The notes under the pieces are model-generated. The model had not been told where the DNA came from. It saw nothing but the letters and a program-made list of their open reading frames with translations, and ran no database searches. From Octopus vulgaris (taxonomy: Eukaryota): a DNA stretch of 64,000 nt. The number at the start of each line of letters is the position of its first letter. Position 1 is the stretch's first letter. This document shows, piece by piece, positions 25,290 through 36,980 of the stretch. Where the stretch lies: contig OX597827.1 of NCBI GenBank assembly GCA_951406725.2, forward strand, positions 310,001 through 374,000, read 5' to 3'. The position numbers were made by a program, and so were the translations under genes.

Positions 25290-26190
25290 TTGAGGGAGAG
25301 AGAGAGAGAGAGAGAGGACGACTCTGGAGCAAAGGCAAGCATTTAATGAGCCAAGTCCAGGAACTGTTACTCTTCCCAATTGCAGACATTCTCTTTTCAC
25401 TTCTACTGCTGTTAATTTTGGAGTGGCAGAATTGGTAGAGCATCAGACAAACAACATCATCGCAATTGGTTATGTTCCTTTATATTCCGAGTTCAATCCT
25501 GCCTACACCTGCCCTATTCCAAGGTCAATAAAATATGAGAAAAGTCAACTGGAATGAATATAACTGATTAAATGTTTTGAAGTGCTCCAGCATAGCTTCT
25601 GTCCACTGACTGGAAATTCATAAAAGAAGCATTAAAAACTTTTATGCTTTTGCCCATTACCACCTCCATCTTGTAAATCTGACACCTTGTGCCTGTGTAA
25701 GAAATCAATATTTCCTATGTATTGATCATTAATTTTGTAATCATGAAAATGTGTGTATTATACATACTTGTGTAAGTGTGTGAGTGTGTGCACATGTGTG
25801 TGTATGCGTGTGCATGTGTGTTGAGTGCATGTGTACATTCACTTAATGTATGTTGAAAAATTTGTGTCTCTTTTAACAATGCAGACTTTGTTGACAGATG
25901 CATATGCTCAACCACATACACACACACACATACATACCATATATATATACATGTGCACACACATGCACATATATACATAGGTACACACACATGCACATAT
26001 ATATGTAGATGCACACACACATACACAGATACATACACATACACACATGCACATAAATACTTAAGTATACAACCACCTCTCTCTGTCATATACACACACA
26101 CACACACACACCTATAGAAGATGTGTATGGCCACCATCACAAAAGGAGAGTCAGTGAGTTCTCTAGTAGCTCAGTCTTCAGCTTGGTTTC

Positions 26191-26279
26191 ATTTAACCAC
26201 TGCTACCATTTAACCACTGCTACCATTTAACCACTGCTACCATTTAACCACTGCTACCATTTAACCACTGCTACCATTT
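26191..26279. repeat. 17-bp minisatellite, 5 perfect copies
   Basis: Unit atttaaccactgctacc repeated head-to-tail without spacers. Confidence 0.95.
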
Positions 26280-26590
26280 CAGAATGTCATCAATGCCACA
26301 AAGCCCTATTCACTTTACTCATTCACACAGCCAGGATAAGTTACTGTAAAACTCTGCTTCTCTCATAATTTCTTACTCTGGTATTGCTGATTAAGTTGAT
26401 TCTAGCATATTACCTGGTAGGTGTTGGCATGTAGGTAAGAAGCTTGCTTCTCAACCACGAGGTTTTGGGTTCAGTTCCACCATGTGACACATTGGACAAG
26501 TGTCTTCTACTATAGCTCCAGGCTGACCAAAGCCTTGTGAGTGGATTTGGTAGGCAGAATCTGAAAGAAGCCCATCATATATACATATAC

Positions 26591-26968
<378 letters not shown>

Positions 26969-26977
26969 TATATATAC

Positions 26978-27033
<56 letters not shown>

Positions 27034-27441
27034 TCATCATCATTGTTTAACGTCCGTTTTCCATGCTAGCATGGGTTGCACGGTTTGACCGGGGTCTGGG
27101 AAGCCAGGAGGCTGCACCAGGCTCCAGTCTGATCTGGCTGTGTTTCTACAGCTGGATGCCCTTCCTAATGCCAACCACTCCGTGAGTGTAGTAGGTGCTT
27201 TTTACATGCCACCGATATATATATCATGTTGGTAGTCGGGCAAATCCTCACTGTTTTCTTTTGAAGCACATCTGCTTATTCCATTTATACAATCCAATAT
27301 GTAGTCTCAGTTGCTGCTGTATGTTAGTTCAAAATACACATTGAGACTTGAGAATTATAGAAATGTTAATTGCAGGGTTATATATGTCTTGCAAACACCT
27401 TGCACATGCAAGTGCTACCAGTCAAAAACTCTGTATACCGT

Positions 27442-27475
<34 letters not shown>

Positions 27476-27703
27476 TTGTATGTATATGTATATATATATA
27501 TTTGTATGTATATATGTATATATATATATTTGTATGTATATATGTATATATATATATTTGTATGTTTATATGTATATATATATATTTGTATGTATATATG
27601 TATATATGTGTATGTATATATGTATGTATATATATTTGTATGTATATATGTATATATATATATTTGTATGTATATATGTATATATATATTTGTATATATA
27701 TAT

Positions 27704-28166
27704 GCCGGGAAAGATATGCCATAATATACATCTGGAAGATCCTGGAGGGAAGTGTCCTGAACTTTGGCATCGAGAGTTACGCAAATGCCAGAACTGGGCG
27801 CCACTGCGTGGTGCCTAGGACTCCAAACTTGCCATCAAGATGTAGGACAAGATTCTGTGATAGCCTGGGCTTCCGAGGCCCACAGCTCTTCAATATCCTC
27901 CCGAAGAACCTGAGAGACCTGCATGGGGTGGATACAGATGTCTTTAAAATGGAGCTGGATCTCTTCCTGTCAGGTGTCCCAGATGAACCAACTTCACGGC
28001 AGGAGGGGCAGATGAGGGCAGCTGCATCGAACTCTCTCATGCACCAAATAGCAGTTGCTAGAAAGCCTCCATGAAGTGAAACCAAGTAGCAACACCAAAT
28101 GGCGGTGCCCCAGCATGGCCACAGCTCATAAGCTGAAACTAGAATCAATCAATCAATCAATCAATC
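27704..28166 (+). mobile_element. 5'-truncated CR1-group LINE 3' end with (AATC)n tail
   Basis: [22 protein letters not shown]...GFRGPQLFNILPKNLRDL...FLSGVPDEP matches the C-terminus of the 12910-17500 element. Tail ggcggtgccccagcatggccacagctcataagctgaaactag(aatc)n. Confidence 0.88.
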
Positions 28167-28223
28167 ATATATATATGTATATATGTATATATATATTTGT
28201 ATGTATATATATGTATATATATA

Positions 28224-28270
<47 letters not shown>

Positions 28271-28463
28271 ATATATATGTATATATATATATGTGTATAT
28301 ATATGTATATATATATATGTGTATATATATATGTATATATATGTGTGTGTATATATATGTATATATTTGTATGTATATATGTATATATATATATTTGTAT
28401 GTATATATGTATATATATATTTGTATGTATATATGTATATATATATATTTGTATATATATATT

Positions 28464-28510
<47 letters not shown>

Positions 28511-28513
<3 letters not shown>

Positions 28514-28708
28514 GGTCCCGGGTTGAGTCGGGGTTAACCACAGTAAATAAGGTACTCAATACATAGCAGAGTAAATTAATTTATTTTATAGAAGGAGCTT
28601 CTACAGGACTAGAACTGTTTCATTCAAAAGAAATCATCAGGAAGCTCCTGATGATTTCTTTTGAATGAAACAATTCTAGTCCTGTAGAAGCTCCTATAAA
28701 ATAAAAAT
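28511..28708. mobile_element. Inverted-repeat insert in (TA)n with hammerhead core; probable Penelope-like terminus
   Basis: Arms about 28581-28641 and 28647-28705. CTGATGA (28648-28654)-T-TTC-tttt-GAA-T-GAAAC (28667-28671)...GTC (28679-28681). Confidence 0.65.
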
Positions 28709-28763
28709 ATATATATATATATGTATATATGTATATATATATTTGTATGTATATATGTGTATA

Positions 28764-28802
<39 letters not shown>

Positions 28803-28881
28803 ATATATATGTGTATATATATGTGTATATATATGTATATATATATGTGTATATATATATATGTATATATATGTGTGTGTA

Positions 28882-29380
28882 TCTCTTATTATAAAAGGCA
28901 GATTTTATCTGCCTCCCTTTGGGAGTTATACAAATCTACAATATACGATTTCTTCAATTACAATTTACCTAGCATTTTTAAGAGTACAATGCATCGCGTC
29001 ATGCCAGGTCCAGTTTTTTAAATTTAAACTCCAATTAAGCAAAATTTACAGAAAACTCACATTCTGGTGTGTGTGTCAAATGCTTTTCTTAGTCTGGTTT
29101 ACACCACACGCAAACGCACACACACAGTGGGCAACGAATAAAATGAAAGTAATTCACTTACTGTAGTGAGTGATTCTTTCACTCTGCCTCCCACTTCCTC
29201 TTTCCAGACATAGACACGCAAATATATAAATAAAATTGTAAGCTAACGTGCGTGTGTGTGAGTGTGTGTGTGTGTGTGCGCGTGTGTGTGTGTGTGAGGG
29301 TGCGTGTGTGTGTGTGTGTGTGTGTGCGTGTGCGTGAGTGTGTGACAGGAAAGTTTTTTACGACGAATATAAGACCTATA
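28882..29380 (+). mobile_element. Possible second Helitron-like element (5' end only recognisable)
   Basis: A|TCTCTTATTATAAAAGGCAG resembles the Helitron 5' end at 30456; no clear hairpin-CTAG end found. Confidence 0.4.
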
Positions 29381-29397
29381 TCCAAGTAGCAGAAAGA

Positions 29398-29661
29398 TAA
29401 GACAGTAAGGTGTGATTTGAGGGAGATTTGGCTGCTATTTCTACCATGTCTAGCTGCCATGTAGGGGTCTCCCTCATAGGCTCATACATACATATATACA
29501 TAGATAAGACAGTAAGGTGTGATTTGGGGGAAATTTGGCTGCTATTTCTACCAGGTCTAGCTACCATGTAGAGGTCCCCCTCATTGGCTCATATATATAT
29601 ACATACATAAGACAGTAAGGTGTGATTTGAGGGAGATTTGGCTGCTGTTTCTACCAGGTCT
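29398..29661 (+). repeat. Tandem triplication of an approximately 105-bp SINE-derived segment
   Basis: taagacagtaaggtgtgatttgagggagatttggctgctatttctacca occurs at about 29398, 29504 and 29608; a single related copy lies at about 44917. Confidence 0.85.
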
Positions 29662-30026
29662 GTTAGGCCTTCTCATGTAAACTCAAGCTTTCTCATGCCT
29701 TGAACATAAGACCAAAGCAGAGAATGTATTCTTTTATTCTTCTGCTTTTTCCAGCCATTGGTCTGTGGCCATGCTGGGGCAATGCCTTGAAGAATTGTAG
29801 TTTAATGAATCAACTCCAGTTTTATTTTTGTAAGCATTGTACTTATTCTATCTGTTTCCTTTGTCAAACCACTAGGTGACAGGGATGTAAACAAACCAAC
29901 ATTCGTTGTCAAGCAGTGGTGGAGGACAATCACAAGCACAGACACGCACACACACACACATACATGCATACACATATACACACATACATACATACATACA
30001 TATATATATATGTGTGTATATATATA

Positions 30027-30349
30027 TTGCAGCGTGGAAGGTGTTTGTAAGCCATTTAAGAAACACACAAAAACCGTTACATTCACTTCAACATTTAAAT
30101 TTAATTTGCCAAAATATTTTCGTCGCTTTCAGACCGCGACCTGTTCACTGACAAAAATATCGTGCTAACAGGTCGCGGTCTCAAAGCGACGAAAATATTT
30201 TGACAAATTAAATTTAAATGTTGAAGTGAATCTAACGGTTTTTGTGTGTTTCTTAAATGGCTTATAAACACCTTCAACGCTGCAACTGTTTTCGTTCCAG
30301 CACACGATCTCAGATCAAGTCACTTGCTATGCAAGTACATCTCTGTAAC
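30027..30349. mobile_element. Inverted-repeat insert in (TA)n with variant (G3:C8) hammerhead motif; probable Penelope-like terminus
   Basis: Arms 30027-30145 and 30168-30286 are near-perfect reverse complements. Minus strand 30155-30105 reads TTTGTCA GTGAACA G GTCGC ggtctgaaa GCGAC GAAA ATA TTT TGGCAAA. Confidence 0.7.
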
Positions 30350-30361
30350 TATATATATATT

Positions 30362-30392
<31 letters not shown>

Positions 30393-30455
30393 TGGTAAAA
30401 ACAGTAAGATAACAAAAGAAAGAAAGAGACCTCAATATTATGTAAATAGAGGAAA

Positions 30456-30846
30456 TCTTTATATATAAAAGTGAGGTTGTGTGTCTGTCTCCTACGATTT
30501 AGATTCCTAACTACTCCCACATTTTGCGGTGCAGTTTAACCAAAACCGGGTATCTTATAGTCGTGATTCATATCGAGACCGTCTGGGTATTAGCGCGTCT
30601 ACGATGAGTCTACGATTTAAAAAAAAATTTACCATCAATTTTTCCCATTTTTAATCCATTTTTGACATATATAAGGGAAGTAACTCTCTAAAATGTATTA
30701 TTAAATCTCAGAACGTAAAAAGCTACAGTAACACCCCTCCCCTTTGTGGTTAGCCATATTGAGATGGCTATTATACTTACATCTCTAAAAATGCTTATAT
30801 AATTATTTCCCTTACAAACCCGAGCAACGCCGGGCGATATTGCTAG
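30456..30846 (+). mobile_element. Non-autonomous Helitron
   Basis: Starts A|TCTTTATATATAAAAG and ends CTAG|T, with a subterminal GC hairpin cccgagcaacgccggg at 30819-30834. These are the canonical Helitron termini and A-T target. Confidence 0.85.
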
Positions 30847-30898
30847 TATATATATATATGTGTGTGTGTATATATATATATGTGTGTATATATATATA

Positions 30899-30958
<60 letters not shown>

Positions 30959-32969
30959 AATGTACACCAGTCTGATCTGGCAGTGTTTCTACAGCTGGAT
31001 GCCCTTCCTAATGCCAACCACACCACATAATGTACTGGGTGTTTCTTACATGTTACTGGTACAGATGCCTTTTATGTGTCACCAGCATGTATGTGAGTGT
31101 GTGTGTGGTGTACATGCATGTCTTGTTTTTGTGTTTATTCCCCACACTTGCCCAAGGTGCTGTGCAGTAAGACTGAACCTGAAGCCACATGGTTAGGAAG
31201 TAATCCTTAAAATTTTGATAAATGAATGCATAAATATAAATTAATACAAAGAATATAAAAATCAAAGTAAATCAGAGCAATGTGAAACTAAGAAAGGATT
31301 TGTCTGAGAGTCTTTCCTGACTCAGGCTTCCCTAACTCTCTCCTGACTCTGAGTCTCATGGAGGCGATGAGAAGTGACTGAGACTTTTGGAGATTTGCTG
31401 TGCTTGAGAAGACAAGCTTAGTGAAATTGTAGTCATGGCTAATGACATATGAGAGGCACCTGTGTCAGTGACATTTAAAATGCACCTGTGCTGGTGACAC
31501 ATAAAAGGCACCTGTACCAGTAACATGGAAGAGACACTCAGTACACTCAATGTAGTGGTTGGCATTGGGAAGGGCATCCATCCACTGAAACCAAGCAAAA
31601 ATAGACAGGTGTCTGGTGCTGCTCTCAAACCATTCAATCCATGCCAGATGGAAAATGGATGCTAAATGATGATGATGATGATGATGAGAATCAATTCCTT
31701 TCCTTATACTGGAATCTGTTATGTGTGGAGGTGCATGGCTTATTGGTTAGAGTATTGGACTGGGTGATTGTAAGACTGTGGTTTCAATTCTTGGACTGGG
31801 TGACGTGTTGTGTTCTTGAGCAAAACACTTTGTTTCATGTTGCTCCAGTCCTCTCTGCTGGCAAAAGTCAGTAATCTTGCAACAGACCTGTGTTCTATTC
31901 AGGTGCAGAATATATATGCCATGAAACCGGGAAACTGGCCCTTGTGGTCAGCATGACTGAAGAAAGTAACTTTACCTAACCTGTTATGTGCAAAAGTACT
32001 TGTGAACATCCTCTTGTGTTGGAAGAGGCAAGAAATATCCCATATCATCAGGCTTTGCTTGTTTCATGAGATGATAGTTTGTCTGTGTCTGTTTTCAATA
32101 TTAGTCTATCATTGGAGTGTCCTTCACATTCTGGATCAATTTTTACTCCTCATTTGACACATTGTCTTCTTTACTTTCCTTCAGGCTTTTCATTAGATCT
32201 ATCAGGAGCTTGTCGGTACTTCAAAGCAACTGTGAAAAATCATGTCATTCTGGAGGAGTGTGTGCTTCTCTTCAAAGCATCTAACACACTTTATGTTCTG
32301 GGCTTATTTCTTTTCATTGGTGCCTTTCTACTTCCTCTTGATTTCCACAGCAATTTGCCACAGTCTTCTAGTGTCCATTTGCTTCGCATTGTTACAAGAC
32401 AGTGGGATGGCACTACTGGACAGGGGGAGTCCTTTGGTTTTCTAGTCATTGGCTCCTGGCACTGAGGATGAAACAGTTTTTTTCAGCTATCCACAAAGTC
32501 AACCAAATGGTGTGCTGGAAATAGCAGTTTATGTGACCAGTTCTTGTTGCCTCTAATGTAGCCTGCTACCTTTCTTTTTTTCCCCTCTACTTCTCTCACT
32601 TCTCTGGGCAGAAACTTCTCCTGTGTCTTTTACTAATTCCTCTGGTTGCCTTGTCCTCTGTCTTTAAAACTAAACACGTTTCCATATACTCTACTCTCAT
32701 CAATAGAAGAAGCATCATCCCACACACTCGCTTCAGCTTCTTTCAGCTGTTCTCTTGCTGTTTTTTAAGTGCACTTTTGCTACTTTCCTTCTTGTCTGTT
32801 TCTCGTTGCATTCTGCAGGCAACATGACACTGTTGTTTGTAAAATACTTCTCTCATGAATTTTTTTCCTTCCTTGAGCTGGCCCGTGTCCAGCTATTTTT
32901 TCTGGCTTGCTATGTTAAAGCTGTTATTAATGGGCTCTTTCAAATGCCATTTGTGTGTCTCTATATATA

Positions 32970-32983
32970 TCATCATCATCATC

Positions 32984-33017
<34 letters not shown>

Positions 33018-33357
33018 ACATTTAACATCTGTTTTCCATGCTAGCATGGGTTGGATGATTTGACTCAGGACTGGCAAACCAGATGGCTGCACCAGGCTCC
33101 AATCTGATCTGGCTGAGTTTCTACAGCTGGATGCCCTTTCTAATGCTAATCACTCTGAGAGTGTAGTGGGTGCTTTTATGTGCCACCAGCATGAGGGCCA
33201 GTCAGGTGGTACTGGCAACAGTCACGCTCAAATGGTGTTTTTTACGTGCCACCTGCACAGGAGCCAGTCCAGTGGCACTGGCAACGACCTTGCTTGAATG
33301 TTTTTCATGTGCCACTGGCGCAAGTGCCAGTAAGGTGACACTGGTAATGATCACGCT
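32970..33357 (-). mobile_element. RTE-tail repeat with internal tandem gtgccac units
   Basis: (CAT)n, ttccatgctagcatgggttgg...ctacagctggatgccc. Sibling copies at 27030-27215, 30963-31090, 34566-34857 and 38906-39410 (-), and 31355-31686, 45640-45845 and 54400-54618 (+). Confidence 0.8.
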
Positions 33358-34218
33358 CTGCAAAAGGTGGGTCTATATACATTGCAGATACCTTTGTGCA
33401 ACCCTTACTCTCCTATGATCATTGTAGCTGATGGCATGATTATAAGTATTTTTCGAAAACTGTATAAGGCAAAAATTTCTGCTTCAAAGCATGAAGTCTT
33501 TTCCTTCCTGTTCAGAGGAAGGGAAAAAACACACGAAAAGTCTCTCCATCTTTCTCTTAATGTAAAGAATCCACATAAGCATGACAGAAAAAGAAGCCCA
33601 GTTTTGGAAAGTAAACTGATATTCTCCAGATATACATGAACTTGTGAAAAAAAGTTCACTTATAACTAGCAACTCTAAAAATAATAAAAATTTCTAATTT
33701 GGGGCAAAAAGCCAGCGATTTGAGAAGGGGGTGGGGGTGAGGGCGATGATGTTAATTGATAGTATCAACCTGAGTACCTGGCTGGTACTCTAGTTTATCA
33801 ACTCTGAAAGGTAAAAAAAGCTGAGTTGGCATCAGTGGGGTTTGAACTAAGAAAATAAAGGGCTTTACCCAATTACTACAAGGCATTTTCTTTGACATTC
33901 TAACAATTATTCCAATCCATTATCTTTATACTACTACTACTACCACCACCACCACCACCACCACTACCACTACTGTTTTCTCTACAACACAATGGTTAAG
34001 TGGGATTTGGCACATTATTGTGTATAAAATAAATAATAACAATTAGCAACAAAATTAAACCATAAAAATCTCCCATAAGCAGGGAGTTCCTCTCTGAGAC
34101 AACCGAGGATCCTTACACATCCTGGTTACCCTGACTCCTCCGGTTTATGAGTGAATGTTCAGAGTAAGCCCATTCACATGGTCCATCCTCACAACAACAA
34201 CAACAACAATAATAATAA

Positions 34219-34560
34219 TGGAAGAAATTTAAAAAATAGTGCTCATGGGAACTGCTCATATCCTAAGAGAGATATTATCTCTGTGATTCTAAAAATATTT
34301 AAATCTAGGAACATTATCAAAAGTACTTTTAAATATAGATAATAGGAAACACCCTTTTACTGTCATCTAAAGATCACACTATCATCTTACCATCAAATTA
34401 TCTTTAAAACAAACTTTTAATTTTCTTATGTCTCAAGAACAATACTGTGCAAAACCAAAAATATGGTACCCTAGTCATAATACCAACTTGAACTTCTAAC
34501 TTGTCTCTTGAAGACTCTGGGTGAGACCTGGAGTCAACTTGTGCAAACACAAAGCAAAAG
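34219..34560 (+). mobile_element. 3' end of a Dong/R4-like (RLE-type) LINE adjacent to (AAT)n
   Basis: aaaatagtgctcatgggaactgctcatatcctaagagagatattatctctgtga translates as KIVLMGTAHILREILSL*, matching the R4/Dong C-terminal LLGTAxILRxVL signature; preceded by (AAC)n(AAT)n. Confidence 0.65.
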
Positions 34561-36931
34561 CCAACATCATCATCATCATTGTTTAACGTCCGTTTTCCGT
34601 GCTAGCACGGGTTGGATGGTTCGACCGGGGTCTGGGAAGCCATGAGGCTGCACCAGGCTCCAGTCTGATCTGGCAGTGTTTCTACAGCTGGATGCCCTTC
34701 CTAATGCCAACCTCTCCGTGAGTGTAGTGGGTGCTTTTTACGTGCCACCGGCACAGGTGCCAGGGGAGACTGGCAGTGGTCACGATCGGTTGGTGCTTTT
34801 TATGTGCCACCGGCACGGAAGCCAGTCAAGGCAGCGCTGGCATCGGCGCTGGCAACATACAATAATAATAATAATAACAAATTCTTTTGATATTCATTCT
34901 TTAAAAGAGTCCTCAAAGTTTGAACCAATAGTAACCATGTTATCAGGGAACATATTGTTGTTACTGTTATTGTTGTTGTTATTTAATTCGAGGTTAGTCT
35001 TGGTTCAGTAAACCAATGATTAGGGATATTCTGAAGTCGAGTGACCAATGCTTTTGTACGTCCAGGACTGTTACATTATCCAACATCTTATCATTTTTAT
35101 GTTTTTAAGACAGTAGGACACGATTGGGCATTCCTCCTCTGCTTGTGGCCATTAAAAAATATACATGTATATATCTATATCTACACACACACACTGTTTA
35201 TATATATTGTTATATAACTTATACTGCTAATGCTAAATGAATGACTATTTGTCATCACTGTCATCATCATCAGTTTGGTATTCACTTTTTCATGTTAGCA
35301 TGAGTTGAATGGATTTAATTGAGGCACAGTTACTGCAGTTGGCTGCCCTTTCCTCTCACCCACCCTCACTTATTTCCATGCAAGGCAATATTTCCCCATG
35401 ACCAAGCATGTTTATAACTACCACATGATATCAAGACAAGAAGACACAAAAACATGCACACCTACACACATGCATACGTGTGTGTGTATACACACATACA
35501 CACACGCATGTATTTATATATATACATACACACACATATATGCATGCTGGGCTTTCAGTTTCCATCTACCAAATCCAATGCATTAGTCTTTGGTCAGCCT
35601 GTGGCTATAATAGAAAACAATTGCCCAAGGTGCCATGTAGTGGGACTTGAACCCAGAACCATGTGGCTGAGAAGCAAATTTCTTAACCACACAGCCACAC
35701 CTGCCATGTGGAAGAGAGAAATAACATAGTTAAAATAAAATAACTGAAAAATAAATTTAAATACTTAATTTGGGTGACCCAGATGAAAGGAAGGTATATG
35801 TCATATAGTCAGATGCAAGGCCAGTAAGTTATAGATATAGATATAGATAGTTCAAATCTTGTTGGTTGGCTTGTTACTCTTTTCTGCCTCAAAATTAGTG
35901 TTTATAATTAGTGTTTATACCAAGTATTCAAAGTATTAAAACATTAAAGCCAAATATTATTTTACATGTAAAAAAATGTAAAACAATAATTTGTTTTTGC
36001 TATATTTGTCAATATTCTGGAGGATAATAATTCTGCTCCTAAATTCCACAGTAGTAGAACTCCTCTGAAAATTCTGTTACAAATAAAAGTTTTGAGTTCA
36101 AATCTAACCAAAGAATATATGTGCAAGTGTGTGTGTATACTTTATATGTATGTGTGCATGCATGCATGCATGTATGTAGATGTGTATGTATGCATGTATA
36201 TATGTGTGTGTATGTATAGGTGTGTGTTTGTATGTATAGGGTGTGTGTATATATATATATATATATATGAATGTATATATTCATATGTTGTTAGCCATAG
36301 ACAATCAGAAGAAATACTAAAATGCTTTAGAAGAAAAAAGCAAAAAAAGCAACAAAAAGACCCAATCAAACAAAAATGTTAAAAATATTTTGGAAATGAA
36401 ATATTGGTCAGGTAAATATTACCTTTGATCCTTAACAGTGTTGATAGAAATAAAGGACCACTCGAGTACAAGTACTAGTCTTGGTGTAATTCATACTGTT
36501 AGCCAGCCACCATTAAAATTTGTGGTCTTGTGCATATTGTAAGAAATCACTATAAATTTGTGAAACTAGGAACTATTCTTGACAGCATTTTTAAACGTAG
36601 AAGAAAAATGGTAAGTAGTTCTTTGTTCTAATTTAATCATTTAAAAAAAAAACTAAACCATCAAAGCTTACTGATATAATAGTCATCATCTTCATCATCA
36701 TCTTCACTGTTGTCATTGTGTTAACATCCACTTTTCCATGCTTGCATGAGTTGGGCTGAATTTGTCTACGACCGCATGCCCTTCCTGTCACCAACCCTCA
36801 CCTCTTTTCAAGCAGGGTAATATTTCCCCCATGGTCAGACATGTTTTCCATGGAAGGCTGGAGATGAACAACATTGCGCATATGAAGATAACTCATTTAA
36901 AACTATTACATGATGGTCAAGATAAGGATGT

Positions 36932-36980
<49 letters not shown>

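Noticed and set aside
26191-26279. Direct-repeat array as possible CRISPR
   Set aside because: Perfect head-to-tail 17-mers with no spacers.
27370-27440. [11 protein letters not shown] as a possible GIY-YIG nuclease start
   Set aside because: No YIG/G-T motif or downstream Arg/Glu signature; too short to support.
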